This document shows, one piece after another, positions 61,339-64,000 of a DNA stretch of 64,000 nt. Positions within the stretch are counted from its first letter, which is position 1, and every line of letters starts with the position of its first letter. Below the pieces are notes generated by a model. The model was not told where the DNA came from. It saw only the letters and a program-made list of their open reading frames with translations, and did no database searches. The position numbers and the translations under genes are program-made. Source of the DNA: Zygnema circumcarinatum SAG 698-1b (lineage: Eukaryota > Plantae > Zygnematophyceae); NCBI GenBank assembly GCA_037447605.1, contig CM074817.1, positions 62,001 to 126,000 of the forward strand, read 5' to 3'.

Positions 61339-63687
61339 TTACACAACCCTAAAGGTGGCGCCACCCCCCACATTTTGGTACCCAAACCCATCGAAGGACC
61401 CCTTGGGTTTGAGAGGGAAGGCGTAGGAGGGCAGAGTGTAGCGGTTTCCTCCCAAAGGAACAATGTTGTAAGAGGAGAGAGGGCGGTAATTTGTGGCCTC
61501 CACTACCAAAGCAAGAAGGGGCTTTGTGCCGATGTTCTTGAAGCTCACAGAGTACGAAAAGACAGTGCTTTTGCCATCCGGGGAGGGATACTTTGACAGC
61601 AATTTCTGCGAAATAATGACTGTTGGGCCCCCTGCATGGGAAGTTCAATAGAGCAGATGTCGTCAGAGAGCTTCTTAATGCTCGGAATTAGTCTGTAAGG
61701 TGTCTCGATTTTTGCTATTTTTTTTTTTTTTTTTTTTTTTAATGAAAGGAATTGAGAGTTGCCAGAAATCAAAAAGTTTATGCATGGCACTATTTTTTTT
61801 GTTTGTTTTTTATTTGAGGTCAAAATGCCTCTACCTTTTGATGGAGGCGAGCCCTTTGGCGGAGGGCGAGCAGTCCTTGAGGGCGTGGGGGCTCCTCTCG
61901 AGAATTGGGCCCCGCAGTCATACAATTTCCCGGCAACGAATGCGGTCGGAATTTTATTTGGGCATGTGATCACTTCACCTGAAATTGCACAAAATCAAAA
62001 GCATAGTTAAAGCCTGCATGAATACCACCACGGTTAAGTAAAATATGGAAGGAAATAATAGCCCATCAGCTTCACAAGTTACTATGCGCATAGTTCAATA
62101 CATGCTATAATTCGTAAGGGAATAGACAATTAAACAAACAAATTATATAAGTTCGATTTGAAGCAAAGCTAAATTTACATAGCAGCTTATTAAAAATGTC
62201 TCAAACCTGTTGCGCTTGCGGTGAGCCGGACTGTGAAGGGACCCGTCAAGGGCGTCGAGGAGAGCAGGGAAAAGGATGCGCCCCAATCCTTTGCCAACGG
62301 TTGGAAGCTCGCTTTCTTCGCCTAAACCCGCACAAGTGAAGGGATGGGGAGGAGCGGGAAAACGAGACAGGGAGAAATAAGAGAGGGAGAGAGTGAGAGA
62401 GTGAGAGAGCGAGAGAGGGACGCAATAGTACGATTTCAAAACAAAGCACATATTCGTCCTTGTTCTTAGCGAACCGAACGAATTAAGAACTAAGTGGTTA
62501 AAGTTACAATGGTTCCGAGTGTAATTCACACCTATCCACACAAGAACGACCCACGAAGTCAAGCCCGCAAGCCGCCCCATCACCATCAAAAGAAGCTTCG
62601 CCAACAAGCACGCGCCTTCCTCACCTGTTTGATAGCCATGGCTGCCACGGACCCGGGGCCGGCTCCTCCGCCCGGTACAACCCCAACATAGTAGGCATTG
62701 AATCCCGGCAAAATTCGAAGCAACAAATTTTGGGACCCAAAGTTGCATGGCGTTCTGCCCCCACACAATACGGATTCAAACACACGTTTAGCCTTCCCTC
62801 TCCCTCTCCCTCTCCCTTCATGCGACCCTCTTCTCCCGCCTCCCTCTTTCACAAACCTTCCCAATAGAAGAGCAGGCTTCACTTCACATGAGTTCAGTTC
62901 AGCCCTTGCTTGCAGAGAGAGAGAGAGAGAGGGCGAGGGCGGTGCCCGTAGCGACAGTGTTGGCCGTTGGGGTGTGCGCGTACCGCTCGTAGGCGACGGT
63001 GAGCACGCCTAGTGTCCGCAGGTCATTGGCCCGCCCCGGCACCGCGAGCGCGCCGAAGGCCGCCCCTGAGAGGTCGAAGTGCGTGTTGCCGCCGCCGCAG
63101 AAGTCGCCGCCCGGGCAGAGGTCGGTCATCGCGACCGCGACGCCCGTCGCCGAGCACAGGCTGCTGCTCGTGCACTGGACCTGCCCCCAACCGATTCCGT
63201 CCGCCCGCCCAACCGCAGCATCGACGGTCAGGATTCGCCAAGGGACTCTTCAATCGTGCGAGTTCAGGATCCTTTTGGATCGTCTGTGTCTGTCTGGAAG
63301 GGAGGGATGCCGTTCGGGAGCTGGCGGAAATGGTGACTGCGTGCAGGGAGGGTTAGAATAAGGGGAGGATAGGGAGGGCTTGCTGGGAGGGGGAGGGAGA
63401 GGGGGAGGGAGTGGGAGAGGGAGTGGGAGTGGGAGTGGGAGAGGGAGTGGGAGTGGGAGTGGGAGAGGGAGTGGGAGTGGGAGTGGGAGAGGTAGTGGGA
63501 GTGAGAGTGGGAGTGGGAGTGAGAGAGGGAATGGGAGAGGAAGTGAGAGTGGCAGAGAAGGGTAAGTGGAGCTGTACTTTGTAGCACGCTCCACAGCCGG
63601 CTCCGTTTAAGAAGAGAGGAGCGGACCCAGCAGCGATAATTTTCTTGTAGGGAGTGGGCGAGAGAGGGCCATAGCCGCATGCTCCAC
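61339..63687 (-). CDS. Beta-expansin-like protein with a Pro linker and a C-terminal CBM49-like domain (exon 1 outside window)
   Basis: Exons 63687-63578 and 63180-62984, then ~62755-62626, ~62315-62206 and ~61978-61835, are paralogous to expansin 1. The donor AAAG|gtagag (61835) joins cag|GG (61631) in frame to [38 protein letters not shown]. Confidence 0.88.
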
Positions 63688-64000
63688 CTGCAGGAGGAAA
63701 AGGGGGGGGAGCTCACATTCAATAAAATGTAAATCACTCTCTCACTCTCTCTTCCTTACTCTCTCTCTCCCTCTCTCCCTCTCTCCCTCCCCCCCTCTCC
63801 CCCACTCTCCCTTCCCCTCTCCCTCTCCCCCTTTCTCTTTCTCTCTCCCCCACCTCTCTCCCCCTCTCACTTCTCTCACTCCCTTTCTTCTCTCTCCCTC
63901 TCTCCCCCTGTCTCTCTCTGTCTCTCTCTCCAAATCTCACTCTCTCTTCGTTCTGCATTCCGACTGAAAGTAAAACAAGACAGTAGTTAAACATTCCGAA

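Overview
Gene-dense, intron-rich eukaryotic nuclear DNA from a green plant lineage, most likely a streptophyte alga such as a zygnematophyte. That is an inference from the plant-type gene set, telomere-like motifs and microsatellite-filled introns. By hand-splicing I can support 13 protein-coding genes, in order: DBR1; an intronless CDPK/PEPKR-like kinase; CCDC25; U11/U12-25K; PRP43; a degenerate DEAD-box-like protein; a cyanobacterial-type GT2; MIRO; an F-box protein; DNAJC2/ZRF1; expansin 1; a secreted orphan; a BAT1-like permease. A 14th gene, expansin 2, is present but its exon 1 lies beyond the window. The most striking locus is 48.9-64 kb, an inverted pair of beta-expansin-like genes with different C-terminal appendages. 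One runs in frame into about 100 copies of a 24-bp unit encoding Ser-Pro4 extensin-type repeats. The other splices in frame into an extra exon that looks like a CBM49 cellulose-binding module. Most long ORFs in the supplied track are low-complexity artefacts. Exon boundaries were read by eye, and family assignments come from motif recognition rather than database searches. Two 10-N gaps and homopolymer-rich tracts mean some frameshifts may be assembly errors.
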